Positions 40,701-50,698 of a DNA stretch of 64,000 bases are shown here, in pieces. Location: the NCBI GenBank assembly GCA_043819555.1, contig JBDREQ010000063.1:1-64000 (forward strand), in the 5' to 3' direction. This stretch comes from Candidatus Zixiibacteriota bacterium (lineage in GTDB: Bacteria; Zixibacteria; MSB-5A5; GN15; JAAZOE01). A model generated the notes under the pieces. It saw only the letters and a program-made list of their open reading frames with translations, was not told the DNA's origin and did not search any database. Within the stretch, counting starts at the first letter, position 1. Each line of letters begins with the position of its first letter. The position numbers were made by a program, and so were the translations under genes.

Positions 40701-42581
40701 TTATTTATAGTCTCCATATTCGAAGCAGGGGCACGGCGGGGGCGGGCCGCCCTTAAATACAAGATTGATAATATAGGTGACATCGCCGACATTGGTATAA
40801 CCATCACAGTTGGCGTCGCCGGTCAACATATGCGGCATTGGATCAGGACCGCCTTTAAAGATTTTATTATTGATATATACGGCATCGCTGATATTTACAC
40901 TGCCGTCATTATTGGCATCACCGCGAGTAATCGACAGCATCGCCCGGTATGCGTCCACGCGTCCGTAACCATAATAATAATCAGGTGGTGTAATCGTACC
41001 TGATTCCAGTTCGGTAACGGCGGAATTTCTCAGGATATCATAGATTTGGTCAACTGTCAGGTTGGGTTTGCGGGCAAGGAGCAAAGACGCTATCCCTGAG
41101 ACAATTGGCGCCGCTGCTGAAGTCCCCCCAAAATGGCAATTGATATGCCTGTCGTTAGTCTGGAAAATCGGACAATTCCAACCGACAGAATATATACCGC
41201 AAGCTGAATCTATCATTGGATTATATCCGTTATCCCATTCCTGATCCAAAGTATAAACTTCCCCCTGAAGGCAAATATCACCGCTGGGAGCTACGGCGTC
41301 GAGCATTGAGCCAAATTGGCTGTAATCCCAGCGATCATCATATAAATCAATTGCGCCAACAGCAAATGTTTCCGGCAAACAGGCGGGATGACTAACGGTC
41401 CCGGGCAAATCAGGAGCCGAATTGCCAGAAGCAAATATGATTGCGCACCCAAGACTGTCTCTTCCTTCATAGTACGCCGCCCTAATAGCCAAATCAATCG
41501 GGGCGTCACCTAGGCACACTGCGCGTCCCCAACTACAGGATAAAATCTCTGCCCCATTTTGCCATGCAAAATTAATTGCTTCGGCAATTTCTGCGGATGT
41601 AGGAATATCATACTCTCCAAATATCTTGACGGGCATAATATGGGAATTAGGATTTAGAGAAAATACACCCGTAAATGTCATAGGATTATAATAGTATCCA
41701 CTATCGGTTGAATGAGAAGCTCCAATTATTCCCGCACAGCCCATACCATGAGCTGAGTATTGATCCGGTGCGGGATTATCATCCATATTTAAAAAATCAT
41801 ATCCAGCCGTAATCCTCTCGGATGGAAGATCAATATGGTCAGTTACCCCATCATCTATGACCGCAACCTTAATGGAATTCGTCAGCCCGGCGAAATCCCA
41901 AACCGTGTTTACATTCAACTCGCCAATTACTTTTTTTAAATGATCCTGCTTATTTCGATAGTAATCAAACAGGCTATATTCTTGCGGCTGGTAAATTCCC
42001 ATAAAATCGGGGCTGGCAAATACCGTTTCAATTCCTTCATGGAACTCATTAGCTATATCCAAAAGCCTCTTTTGGGTTGCCTTTGTTTTCTTTAGGAGCC
42101 AGACATTATCAAATCCATAAAGCTTGCGAACAACTTCAACATTATCTTTCACGCTCATTGAATTGATATCGGTTTCGGACATGAAATCCTCAAAACCGAC
42201 TACAAATGTTTCACCGACCGGCATCGGATAACCCTCAGAGTGATAATACGGTTCGGCAATCAATATCCAGTCAGTAAGCTCGAGAGAATCAAGAAAACTT
42301 CCCAAGTCTTCCTTATTGGATAAAGAGATTACCTTAAACTCTTCACATAACTGTTTATCATCAAGAAGACTAATCATACGCTCGTTAGATGTAATCAATG
42401 TTTCAATCGACTCTTGTGATAAATTTGGATTAAACTTCAGGACAATTTTATTTGAGTCAACCGAAAGTGGAACCTTTCCGTCAAGGTCATAATAATGCTG
42501 TGCCTTTGTTGATGAAGAATATATCATCAAAATTAAAGTAAATATAAATAAACTCATTCCCCTTTGCATAACAGCCTCCAT
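40701..42581 (-). CDS. Secreted S8 (subtilisin-like) serine protease with C-terminal dockerin-like domain
   Basis: Triad VAVIDDG / HGMGCAG / GTSAAAP, oxyanion ASGN; tail GDANNDGSVNISD...GDANCDGYTNVGD. Confidence 0.93.
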   Translation of the reverse strand: MEAVMQRGMSLFIFTLILMIYSSSTKAQHYYDLDGKVPLSVDSNKIVLKFNPNLSQESIETLITSNERMISLLDDKQLCEEFKVISLSNKEDLGSFLDSLELTDWILIAEPYYHSEGYPMPVGETFVVGFEDFMSETDINSMSVKDNVEVVRKLYGFDNVWLLKKTKATQKRLLDIANEFHEGIETVFASPDFMGIYQPQEYSLFDYYRNKQDHLKKVIGELNVNTVWDFAGLTNSIKVAVIDDGVTDHIDLPSERITAGYDFLNMDDNPAPDQYSAHGMGCAGIIGASHSTDSGYYYNPMTFTGVFSLNPNSHIMPVKIFGEYDIPTSAEIAEAINFAWQNGAEILSCSWGRAVCLGDAPIDLAIRAAYYEGRDSLGCAIIFASGNSAPDLPGTVSHPACLPETFAVGAIDLYDDRWDYSQFGSMLDAVAPSGDICLQGEVYTLDQEWDNGYNPMIDSACGIYSVGWNCPIFQTNDRHINCHFGGTSAAAPIVSGIASLLLARKPNLTVDQIYDILRNSAVTELESGTITPPDYYYGYGRVDAYRAMLSITRGDANNDGSVNISDAVYINNKIFKGGPDPMPHMLTGDANCDGYTNVGDVTYIINLVFKGGPPPPCPCFEYGDYK

Positions 42582-42590
42582 TCCCTTAAA

Positions 42591-43679
42591 TTATTTTTGT
42601 GATTGACAGGTGAGTGACAGCGGCCGCTGCCCCCCAAATATAGCTATTCTTGTTAATTCCTCTGTTTCTAGATTGTAATCGAATAATTGACCATAATACT
42701 GCGAAGTACCAATCAAATGATTACCATCCGGTGTAATGCAAAGTTCATTGGGATTAAATACGGCATATAAAGTATCCTCAAACACATCTACTTGTTTATA
42801 TATCTCATTATTGGCAATGTCAAAAATTGTAAAATATTGAGGAGCAATACAGTGCATTTGCATATTTCCGGGCTGAGAGTAAATTAAATATTCGCCATCA
42901 TGCGTTATCTCAAGGTCTCCATATCCTGGGCATATGGTTTTTCCATATATCAATGAATCAATAGTTTTATCATATACTTGAATTCTAAATGTACCAGGTC
43001 CGACTATAGAATATAAATACCATAATCGGTTATCCGTGCTGGCGATAATTCGTCGCGGATGACCATAATTGTATTTCCGCCTATTTGCTGAAAAATTATT
43101 ATCGATGTTTACTTCAACAATATCCAATCCGTAATTTTCAATGGCATGGGAATAGAGTAAAGTCTTACTATCCAAAGTAAAATTATGTCTGAAATATAGA
43201 CTTTCATCGGCAGTATCCTCGTACACAATCGAAAAATCATTCAAATCAAATAAATATAGCCTTCTCAAGGAAATAGCCAGGTATTTACCTTCTGGCGATA
43301 TATGTAGATATCTAATACCACCAGTACCATATACTGCGCCAGTTGGATGTTCTGCAACAACCTCTTGAGAATCAAGCGATACTTCGACAATATATCCATC
43401 CGGAGCCAAATACATTGTCTCACCATCGGGCGATACTGCCAGACCGGATTCTAATATATTATATGGCAGATCAAATGAATCCAATTCGCCATTAGTAGTA
43501 TTATAGGCAAATACTTTATTGCCCGGCTGTTCGCATCCAAAATACGCAATGTATTCTTTCGGTTCGACTGGAACCGGTTCCGGATCGGTGGCTTTTTTAC
43601 CGCAACCGAAGAATAGCAATGTCATAATTATTACGATTAGCCCCAGCGCACAAGTCCCCTTGAATAACAAACCCCGCAT
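42591..43679 (-). CDS. Lipoprotein with YncE/YVTN-like beta-propeller
   Basis: GGAGG RBS; lipobox FFGC; repeats AVSPDG, ISPEGK, ITHDGE, ITPDGN; stop lies 9 nt before the protease start. Confidence 0.8.
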   Translation of the reverse strand: MRGLLFKGTCALGLIVIIMTLLFFGCGKKATDPEPVPVEPKEYIAYFGCEQPGNKVFAYNTTNGELDSFDLPYNILESGLAVSPDGETMYLAPDGYIVEVSLDSQEVVAEHPTGAVYGTGGIRYLHISPEGKYLAISLRRLYLFDLNDFSIVYEDTADESLYFRHNFTLDSKTLLYSHAIENYGLDIVEVNIDNNFSANRRKYNYGHPRRIIASTDNRLWYLYSIVGPGTFRIQVYDKTIDSLIYGKTICPGYGDLEITHDGEYLIYSQPGNMQMHCIAPQYFTIFDIANNEIYKQVDVFEDTLYAVFNPNELCITPDGNHLIGTSQYYGQLFDYNLETEELTRIAIFGGQRPLSLTCQSQK

Positions 43680-43813
43680 AAAATCCTCCCCTTGTTTTTG
43701 TATATGATACCTATCAAAATTTAATCAATCCAAACAGTTTGTCAAGAGGTATATTTATATAAATACTATGAATTATCAAATCCCAAACAATACATATATG
43801 CTTTAATTATTGC

Positions 43814-44479
43814 TTAAAACTTATAAACGATGGCAAAGGCGGATTTTTCTCCGGGGGATAACTCGATGGAGATGTTATCCGATTTTTTAATCGGCGGGGG
43901 GAAGTCCTGAAGGTGAGCGTCAACGTAGGCATCGATCATCGAAAAGAAAATCGTAATGCCGGCGTACCAGATGTTGGTGTTGCGCGTGTCGCGATAATTA
44001 GCATAGGCGCGAAACGCCTCCGCTTTTTGAGAAGCGAGGCTGTCGGGCAGGCCTCGCCAGTATTTTCGCGCATCACCGGCCTTGATGCCATAATCAACCG
44101 CTTTGTATATGAAATATGATTCGACCAGGAAGATGACTCCGGACTTAAAATATTTTTTATTGGCAAATTGTCCCCAGCCGGGAAAGGCGACTGATTTGAG
44201 CATGGTCATCGACTGCGAGCGTTTTGGTATTGAGAGAGTATTTTCCGTCAGGTAGGCTCTGACGATAAACGAATCTTCCGATGCCTGATACAGAACCGGT
44301 GATAAAAGCAGACCGTCATCGTTTGATGCGGGGGAGGCTAATGAGGAATCAATCGGATTTAATGAATCCGCCGGAATTATATCGGTCGTGGCGGCACAGG
44401 CAGGTGAAAGCATAATTAAAATAATCAGAACAAACAACGCCATAGTTCGAATGATATCTTCATTTCTTCTGGGGAGCAT
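43814..44479 (-). CDS. DUF5683-like membrane/secreted protein
   Basis: SVAFPGWGQFANKKYFK and SMIDAYVDAHL. Confidence 0.8.
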   Translation of the reverse strand: MLPRRNEDIIRTMALFVLIILIMLSPACAATTDIIPADSLNPIDSSLASPASNDDGLLLSPVLYQASEDSFIVRAYLTENTLSIPKRSQSMTMLKSVAFPGWGQFANKKYFKSGVIFLVESYFIYKAVDYGIKAGDARKYWRGLPDSLASQKAEAFRAYANYRDTRNTNIWYAGITIFFSMIDAYVDAHLQDFPPPIKKSDNISIELSPGEKSAFAIVYKF

Positions 44480-45434
44480 TGGTAAACACCCGCAAAGCGC
44501 GATGAAGCGCCTCGATAACGATTTCCTTTCCTGAAAACTCGACTTCCTCGCTATCCATCATCCAGGTGTGCCCTTCAGCCGGACTGATGCTGAGGCGATG
44601 GCCACGAACCATTTTTATTTTGCCCAGGAATTGATACTTATCTTTTTTCAGATCGCGAATAAAACCGGTAATTTTATCGCGGGGGCAATTATCATCATAC
44701 ACGATAACGATTCGCCCATCATCAGGGGTTGCGGCGGGGACAAACGGCAGCGTCATCACATGTGAAAGGAGATGTATATTAAGAATTTTCGGCTGCGCCT
44801 CAAACGTATGATTGTCCATTTTCAGTGTCATTGTTCGGGGAACAGTTTGATCGGCGGCTTTGCCGGCCATCTTAGCCCACGACATAGCCAGGCGCGGCAG
44901 TTTTTTGGATCCCTGCTGGTAAATCATATGGTACACTAGTCCGGCTGTCAGAGAGCCAAGGAAGAAGGTGCCGTTGGCCTGACCGGCATCGATTCGCGTC
45001 TGATAGCCGGCGAGAATTATATCAAGAGCCACTTCGGCATCGGTATGGCCGAAAAGCGACAAAAAAATATTATTATGCAAGCCCGTCGGGACAATTCCCA
45101 AAAGCCCTTTGGCTCGGGAAATTCTGGAGGCGGCCAACCGAATCGATCCGTCTCCTCCGAAAACAATTATGGCAAACGGATTTTTGCGAATGGCCTGTCC
45201 AATTGTTTTTTCAAAATCCGTCCAGTCATCGACTCTATCGGTGTGGCATTCCCAGCCCGAACGGCGTAATCGCCCCTGAAGCCTTTGCGCCAATTTGGCC
45301 GCCTGGTCGGGATCAAATCCAAAATCGGCTTCATTGACAATTAAATTGTACGCTTTTTTACGGAGCGCGGGAGGTTTTGTACCGCCCGGGCGGCGCGGCG
45401 TGTATTTTCTCTTTCTTTTATCCATAGACTTCAA
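44460..45434 (-). CDS. Diacylglycerol kinase family (YegS/DAGK-like) lipid kinase, divergent
   Basis: LIVN, VFGGDGS, LGIVPTGLHN, IDAGQANG, DDG. Confidence 0.82.
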   Translation of the reverse strand: MKSMDKRKRKYTPRRPGGTKPPALRKKAYNLIVNEADFGFDPDQAAKLAQRLQGRLRRSGWECHTDRVDDWTDFEKTIGQAIRKNPFAIIVFGGDGSIRLAASRISRAKGLLGIVPTGLHNNIFLSLFGHTDAEVALDIILAGYQTRIDAGQANGTFFLGSLTAGLVYHMIYQQGSKKLPRLAMSWAKMAGKAADQTVPRTMTLKMDNHTFEAQPKILNIHLLSHVMTLPFVPAATPDDGRIVIVYDDNCPRDKITGFIRDLKKDKYQFLGKIKMVRGHRLSISPAEGHTWMMDSEEVEFSGKEIVIEALHRALRVFTNAPQKK

Positions 45435-45639
45435 TAATAACGCCTAATGGTCCCAAAAAACAACTGTTTATTGTCGCTCTTTTTTTGTACATATACTTAA
45501 AGGCCGGAGTGGCCTGGCCCTTCGCTTTTTTATACAAGGAAAAGGCTTTGGAGCCGATATAAAACTAAAAACCGTGGCAGAATTTTGATAAACGAATTTT
45601 CTTGCTCTAAATTATTGAATTAGCGTATCTCTAATAATT

Positions 45640-46491
45640 ATGAATTCGACGGCATCGCAAAACAATATATCCGCCAGGATATTTATCTGGATATCATTCG
45701 CGGTTCTCGCATTGCTATATATGCCGGTATTAATCGGACTGATCGAAGTTTGGTGGGCGGATGATAATTACTCGCATGGATTTCTAATTCCTCTAATTTC
45801 CGGATATTTGCTTTGGAAAAAGCGAAAGGCTCTGGCCGAAGTTCCCGAATCAAAGGGGAATAATCCCGGCTTATTGATATTGATTTTCGGCATGCTGATC
45901 TTCGTTCTGGCGACCGCCGCCGCGGAATATTTTACCATGCGGGCATCAATGGTTATAACACTCTTTGGGCTGGTCTGGTATATTTTCGGATATCGGATGA
46001 TTCGGATAACATGGTTTGAGTTATTGTTTTTATTTTTTATGATTCCCCTGCCTTATGTGATTTACTATGCCTTAACGTTTCCGATGCAGCTTTACGCGAC
46101 GACGATTACAACCAAAATATTGAGCTTCGTCGGGATGTCGGCGGTTCAACAAGGCAACGTAATCCATCTGCCGGGGTATTCCCTTGAAGTGGCGGAAGCC
46201 TGCAGCGGATTGCGGTCGCTGATATCGCTTTTGGCGCTGGGAGCTCTGTATGCCCGCTTCACACAGAAAACATTCGGACGCCAGGTATTTTTATTTTTGT
46301 CAACCATTCCCATCGCCATCGCGGCTAACATCTTTCGCCTTTTGTTCACATCAGTCGGGGCGTACGCCGTATCGCGCGAATTGGCCGAGGATTTTTTGCA
46401 TGAATTATCGGGAATGATGGTTTTTGTAGTAGCCTTTATAATGCTCTTTATCTGGGGCGCGATAATAAAGCCGAGGAAGACCAAAGCATGA
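45640..46491 (+). CDS. Exosortase
   Basis: YSHGFLIP, MIPLP, VAEACSGLRS (Cys), ANIFR (Arg), FLHE (His). Confidence 0.92.
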   Translation: MNSTASQNNISARIFIWISFAVLALLYMPVLIGLIEVWWADDNYSHGFLIPLISGYLLWKKRKALAEVPESKGNNPGLLILIFGMLIFVLATAAAEYFTMRASMVITLFGLVWYIFGYRMIRITWFELLFLFFMIPLPYVIYYALTFPMQLYATTITTKILSFVGMSAVQQGNVIHLPGYSLEVAEACSGLRSLISLLALGALYARFTQKTFGRQVFLFLSTIPIAIAANIFRLLFTSVGAYAVSRELAEDFLHELSGMMVFVVAFIMLFIWGAIIKPRKTKA

Positions 46492-47141
46492 ACGCAACCG
46501 CGAAAAAGGCGATTATATCACTGATTATCCTGATAATCTTCGGCGGTTTCGGAACTTATCTGCGCGGTCATGAACAAATGCCGGACAGCCGACCTGATTT
46601 TGACTTAATTCCATTCAATGACTTCGGCTATACCGGAAGCGAGCATAGATTTGATGAGTTTGCTTATGAAGTATTAAAGGCCGACACCTCAACGCTGCGC
46701 AATTACTTTGATGATGCCTTTAATAGTTACTGGCTTTTTGTGGCCTACTTTTCCAGCCAGAAATACGGCGCGCAAATTCATTCGCCCAAACATTGCCTGC
46801 CGGGCGGCGGCTTTCGAATTGAGACTATTGAGCTATATCCGATTAAACTCAACGACGGAACAACGCTTCAGGTCAACCGCCTGACCATCGCCAATAATAT
46901 GCGAAAAGAGTTGATGCTTTACTGGTTTGAGACTCGCGGCGGAGTAATTTCCGACGAATACGGGCTAAAGCTTGACCTGATGAGAAACGCCATAGCTCTC
47001 CAGCCGACCGATGCCGCTTTCTGCCGCCTGACGATGCCTTTGACGCTCCATGCTGATTTGGACAAAGCCAGCGAGCGGGCGGTAAAATTCATTCGGGATT
47101 TCTATCCTTCCATGAGCCAGGCTCTGCCATTCGATAAGTAA
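46488..47141 (+). CDS. epsI: EpsI family exosortase-associated protein
   Basis: FVAYF.SQ, IHSPKHCLPGGG, YWF; ATGA overlap with exosortase. Confidence 0.88.
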   Translation: MNATAKKAIISLIILIIFGGFGTYLRGHEQMPDSRPDFDLIPFNDFGYTGSEHRFDEFAYEVLKADTSTLRNYFDDAFNSYWLFVAYFSSQKYGAQIHSPKHCLPGGGFRIETIELYPIKLNDGTTLQVNRLTIANNMRKELMLYWFETRGGVISDEYGLKLDLMRNAIALQPTDAAFCRLTMPLTLHADLDKASERAVKFIRDFYPSMSQALPFDK

Positions 47142-47153
47142 CTTTTATTTATT

Positions 47154-47729
47154 ATGTCGAATTTTTTATTCAAAGAAATCTGTCCGGATATGTGGAGCGA
47201 TTTTGAAAAACTGTTCGGGCAAAAAGGCGCCTGCGGCGGATGCTGGTGCCAGCACTGGCGCATGCCAAACAGTGCCAAAGAATGGGAAAACATAAAAGGA
47301 CGCAAGGCCAAAGCCGCTTCCAAAAAGTTGATTTTATCAGGCGCCATGACCGGGCTTCTGGCATATGATGGAGATATTCCGGTCGGATGGTGTTCGTACG
47401 GCCCGCGCGAAGTATATGCTCGTATCAATATGATGAAACCGTATCAGCGCAACGATATCGAAGGCGTCTGGTGTATCAATTGTTTTTTTATCGATAAAAA
47501 TTATCGCCGCAAGGGTCTGGCAAGTGAGATGCTGTCGGCGGCGGTTAGATTTATTAAGAATCGCAAAATAAAAATTATAGAAGCTTATCCGACGCCGCTT
47601 GCCAAAGACGGCAATAAACTCCCGGCCGCGTTTTCATTTACCGGACCTCTGAAAATGTTTGAAGATTTTGGATTCAGGATCATCCAGCGCACATCTCATT
47701 CAAGACCACTGGTCAGGATGAGGGTATAG
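47154..47729 (+). CDS. GNAT family acetyltransferase
   Basis: CGGCWCQHWR, VGWCSYGP, CFFI..YRRKGLA, IEAYP. Confidence 0.88.
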   Translation: MSNFLFKEICPDMWSDFEKLFGQKGACGGCWCQHWRMPNSAKEWENIKGRKAKAASKKLILSGAMTGLLAYDGDIPVGWCSYGPREVYARINMMKPYQRNDIEGVWCINCFFIDKNYRRKGLASEMLSAAVRFIKNRKIKIIEAYPTPLAKDGNKLPAAFSFTGPLKMFEDFGFRIIQRTSHSRPLVRMRV

Positions 47730-48006
47730 CGTCGCTCCAATTCTCACAGAAGGTTATGGAGTTCTTGTTATAGAATATAGATTATAACCAGGAAGCAAGA
47801 ATATCTATATTCGTTTATTTCAATGGTTGGCCAATATTTTCTGTTTGAGTTTTTCTCCCCTGAGCAATTTCTGAGCATAATTCCCCTGTTTTAATACATC
47901 AATACACTTGATTTTTCTTAATAGCTAACTCCCCCTTATTTCTCGCCGAATCAATAATATAGTATCCGATTTTGAGAAACTTCAACTCAAGGGTAAGGAG
48001 AGTCAC

Positions 48007-48456
48007 ATGGCCCAAATGCTTCCACCAACTATGCCGCCTCCGACAATGGCTCCACCGATATCATTCAAAACCGAGGCGCCGTTGGCTGGACGGGGAACAA
48101 GGCTTATGGCGGCTATCATTGATTCAGCCTGCGCCATAGTGATATATCTGCTTTCGATTTTATTCGACTCTCCGGCAATTTTGTTTTTGGGGCTGGCCGG
48201 ATTGGCAATCTATCAAATTTATCTTTTGACAACATTGGGACAAACGGTCGGCAAAATGACCATGAATATCCGCATCGTCAAATTCGATACCGGCAAAAAC
48301 GGCGGATTTGTCACAAATGTTTTGATACGCGGAATCGTCAACGGGATACTGGGATTCATTCCTTTTTATTCTCTCATCGATGTCGCCATTATTTTTCGCG
48401 AACACCACCGCTGTATTCATGATTTTCTCGCCGGAACAAAAGTAATTGAGGTGTAA
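48007..48456 (+). CDS. RDD family membrane protein
   Basis: AAGGAG RBS; RLMAAIID, GQTVGK, RCIHDFLAGT; Pro-rich N-terminus. Confidence 0.92.
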   Translation: MAQMLPPTMPPPTMAPPISFKTEAPLAGRGTRLMAAIIDSACAIVIYLLSILFDSPAILFLGLAGLAIYQIYLLTTLGQTVGKMTMNIRIVKFDTGKNGGFVTNVLIRGIVNGILGFIPFYSLIDVAIIFREHHRCIHDFLAGTKVIEV

Positions 48457-48593
48457 ACAGCTTAAAAGTTATCAGATTTTGAGCCTAAGAAATTTACTAA
48501 TAAAAAAAGCTTGACTTTATCCGAAACAATTATAGATTGTTCTCGTTAACCAGGAAGTTAAACTTTATATTGACTCGCAACCGAGGAAGTTTG

Positions 48594-48641
48594 ATGTTCA
48601 TGTATTTTCACAATTTAATGATCTCAGGCATTACAGGGTAA
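48594..48641 (+). CDS. Putative leader peptide 1 (MFMYFHNLMISGITG)
   Basis: GAGGA RBS a few nt upstream; in the 5' leader of the ABC operon. Confidence 0.35.
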   Translation: MFMYFHNLMISGITG

Positions 48642-48668
48642 TAACCCAAAAGGAGTACATCGACTAAT

Positions 48669-48749
48669 ATGACCACTCTACTTACATATAAGCGAGTATT
48701 CCCGGGTAATCCTGGGCAGTGGTTCTGCGGTTGCGGAGGTTTCCTATAA
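48669..48749 (+). CDS. Putative leader peptide 2 (MTTLLTYKRVFPGNPGQWFCGCGGFL)
   Basis: AAGGAG upstream (long 13-nt spacing); ends 32 nt before the terminator. Confidence 0.45.
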   Translation: MTTLLTYKRVFPGNPGQWFCGCGGFL

Positions 48750-48781
48750 GACCTTAGTATCTATATACAGGTAAATCTTTG

Positions 48782-48819
48782 ACCCGCCGGATCACATAAA
48801 CAGTCCGGCGGGTTTTTTT
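48782..48819 (+). terminator. Leader terminator (attenuator) upstream of the ABC exporter
   Basis: ACCCGCCGGA-N12-TCCGGCGGGT then T-run, about 75 nt before the transporter start and more than 320 nt after the RDD stop. Confidence 0.8.
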
Positions 48820-48895
48820 GTGATTCAAAAACTCCGTTCGGACCGGTAAAATAAATTAAACGCCGGGTTGAAGCGGCAAAAACGGAGTGGAGACA

Positions 48896-50698
48896 ATGGA
48901 TTCAGCATATTTCGAAGATGAAAAATACGAAGATATAAGTTCGCGCAAAGCATTCGGACGGCTGATGCCGCTTTTGAAGCCGCATATTAAATGGCTGTTC
49001 ATATGTTTTGGGCTTCTGGCCGCATCTAAGGCTGTCTATGTTTATGCGCCGACATTGATTCGCACGGCGATCGATGTCGATATAGCCAATACCGATTTCG
49101 GCGGCCTTTTGGCAACCGTCGGCCTGTATATATTATTTCAGGGTTTGTTTTTAGTCGGCAATTATTTCTTCCGCATTCGCATGGAAATAATCGGCCAAAA
49201 GGTAATGACGCTTCTGCGCAAGGACCTGTTTGACCATATTCTGAAAATGGCCGTGTCGTTCTATGACCGTAATCCGGTCGGACGCCTCATGGCCCGGGTC
49301 GAGTCTGATACCGAGGCGCTGCGCCAGATGTTTACCAATACGGTTGTTAATATCATCGGAACGATTATACAGGTGGCCGGGATATTTATTATCCTGCTTT
49401 TCATCTCGCCGAAGCTGGCGTTGATTGTGATGGCCTTTATTCCAATTATCGTTGCCGCCCTGTATATCTACCAGCGGCAGACAACGCCCAAATGGTTATT
49501 GGTTCGCAAACGGATGGCCGATGTCACCGCGACATTAACTGAGTTTTTGCAGGGTATGCAGATTATTCAGATATTCGACCGTATCAGGATGGCTCGGCGG
49601 CGCCTGTTTCAGGCAAGCATGAATAAGTTGAAGCCTGATTTCCAGGCTAATATGTGGGTTATCGTCATGTTTAATTTCATATTCTTTATGGAAACAGCGA
49701 TAATCGCGAGCGTTCTGTATTTCGGCGCCAAATGGGCTGGAGTAGGGGCGGTAACAATTGGGACGTTAGTGATGTTTATTACATATATCCGTCAATTGAT
49801 GGAACCGGTTCATCTTGCCGCCGAGCAACTGGCGATGATTCAAAAAGCCGTCGCCGGGGCCAAGAGAATATTCGGACTTTTGGATACTCATGAAATCATT
49901 TCCGAATCGGTGCGCCCGGAATCATGGCCGAAATTTCGCGAAAGCATCGTGTTTGAAAATGTATGGTTTTCATATAACGACGATGACAATTATGCCTTGA
50001 AGGACGCATCTTTTACGATTCCGAAAGGAAAACAGTACGCTCTGGCCGGAGTGACCGGAGGCGGTAAATCAACGGTAATAAATCTGCTCTTAAGATTCTA
50101 TGATCCTCAAAAAGGGCGGATTGTGATAGATGGAATAGATTTGCGGGACATCTCTAAAGATCAATTGCGCGAGAAAATCGGATTAGTGCTTCAGGATATT
50201 TATCTCTTTCCGGGGAACGTCGCCTCTAATGTGTCCCTCTCGGCAAATGGATCCGATCGCGAAAAAGTGATCGACGCCTGCAAAACTGTGGCGGCTCATC
50301 AGTTCATTGAGAGAATGCCGGAACAGTATGAAACGGAATTATCAGAGCGGGGTGGAAACCTGAGCCGAGGCGAACGGCAATTATTATCATTCGCACGGGC
50401 TTTGATTGCCGATCCGCAGGTGTTGATTCTCGATGAAGCAACCAGTTCGGTCGATCCGGAAACGGAACGGCTGATCCAGGAAGGACTTTTGACCCTGATG
50501 CGGGGGCGAACGTCGATTATTATCGCCCATCGATTGTCAACGATCATGAATGTAGATAAAATTCTGGTCATCCGCGAGGGTGAAATAATAGAGCGGGGGA
50601 AACACGAGGAACTGCTTGAGATGAATGGCTATTATTCAAAACTGTTCAAATTGCAATTCAAGCAGTTAAACGGCAATGGAGTGAAAAAAGCATGTTAA
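48896..50698 (+). CDS. Heterodimeric ABC exporter subunit (MdlB/TM288-like)
   Basis: TMD plus NBD; GVTGGGKST, degenerate signature LSRGERQ, ILDEATS, IAHRLST. Start ATG 48896 or GTG 48887. Confidence 0.93.
   Translation: MDSAYFEDEKYEDISSRKAFGRLMPLLKPHIKWLFICFGLLAASKAVYVYAPTLIRTAIDVDIANTDFGGLLATVGLYILFQGLFLVGNYFFRIRMEIIGQKVMTLLRKDLFDHILKMAVSFYDRNPVGRLMARVESDTEALRQMFTNTVVNIIGTIIQVAGIFIILLFISPKLALIVMAFIPIIVAALYIYQRQTTPKWLLVRKRMADVTATLTEFLQGMQIIQIFDRIRMARRRLFQASMNKLKPDFQANMWVIVMFNFIFFMETAIIASVLYFGAKWAGVGAVTIGTLVMFITYIRQLMEPVHLAAEQLAMIQKAVAGAKRIFGLLDTHEIISESVRPESWPKFRESIVFENVWFSYNDDDNYALKDASFTIPKGKQYALAGVTGGGKSTVINLLLRFYDPQKGRIVIDGIDLRDISKDQLREKIGLVLQDIYLFPGNVASNVSLSANGSDREKVIDACKTVAAHQFIERMPEQYETELSERGGNLSRGERQLLSFARALIADPQVLILDEATSSVDPETERLIQEGLLTLMRGRTSIIIAHRLSTIMNVDKILVIREGEIIERGKHEELLEMNGYYSKLFKLQFKQLNGNGVKKAC

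Noticed and set aside
47785..48557. Repeated 11-mer TAACCAGGAAG (47785 and 48547) and AT-rich hairpins at 47762-47812
   Set aside because: An 11-mer match is expected by chance in a window this size, and I recognised no riboswitch consensus.
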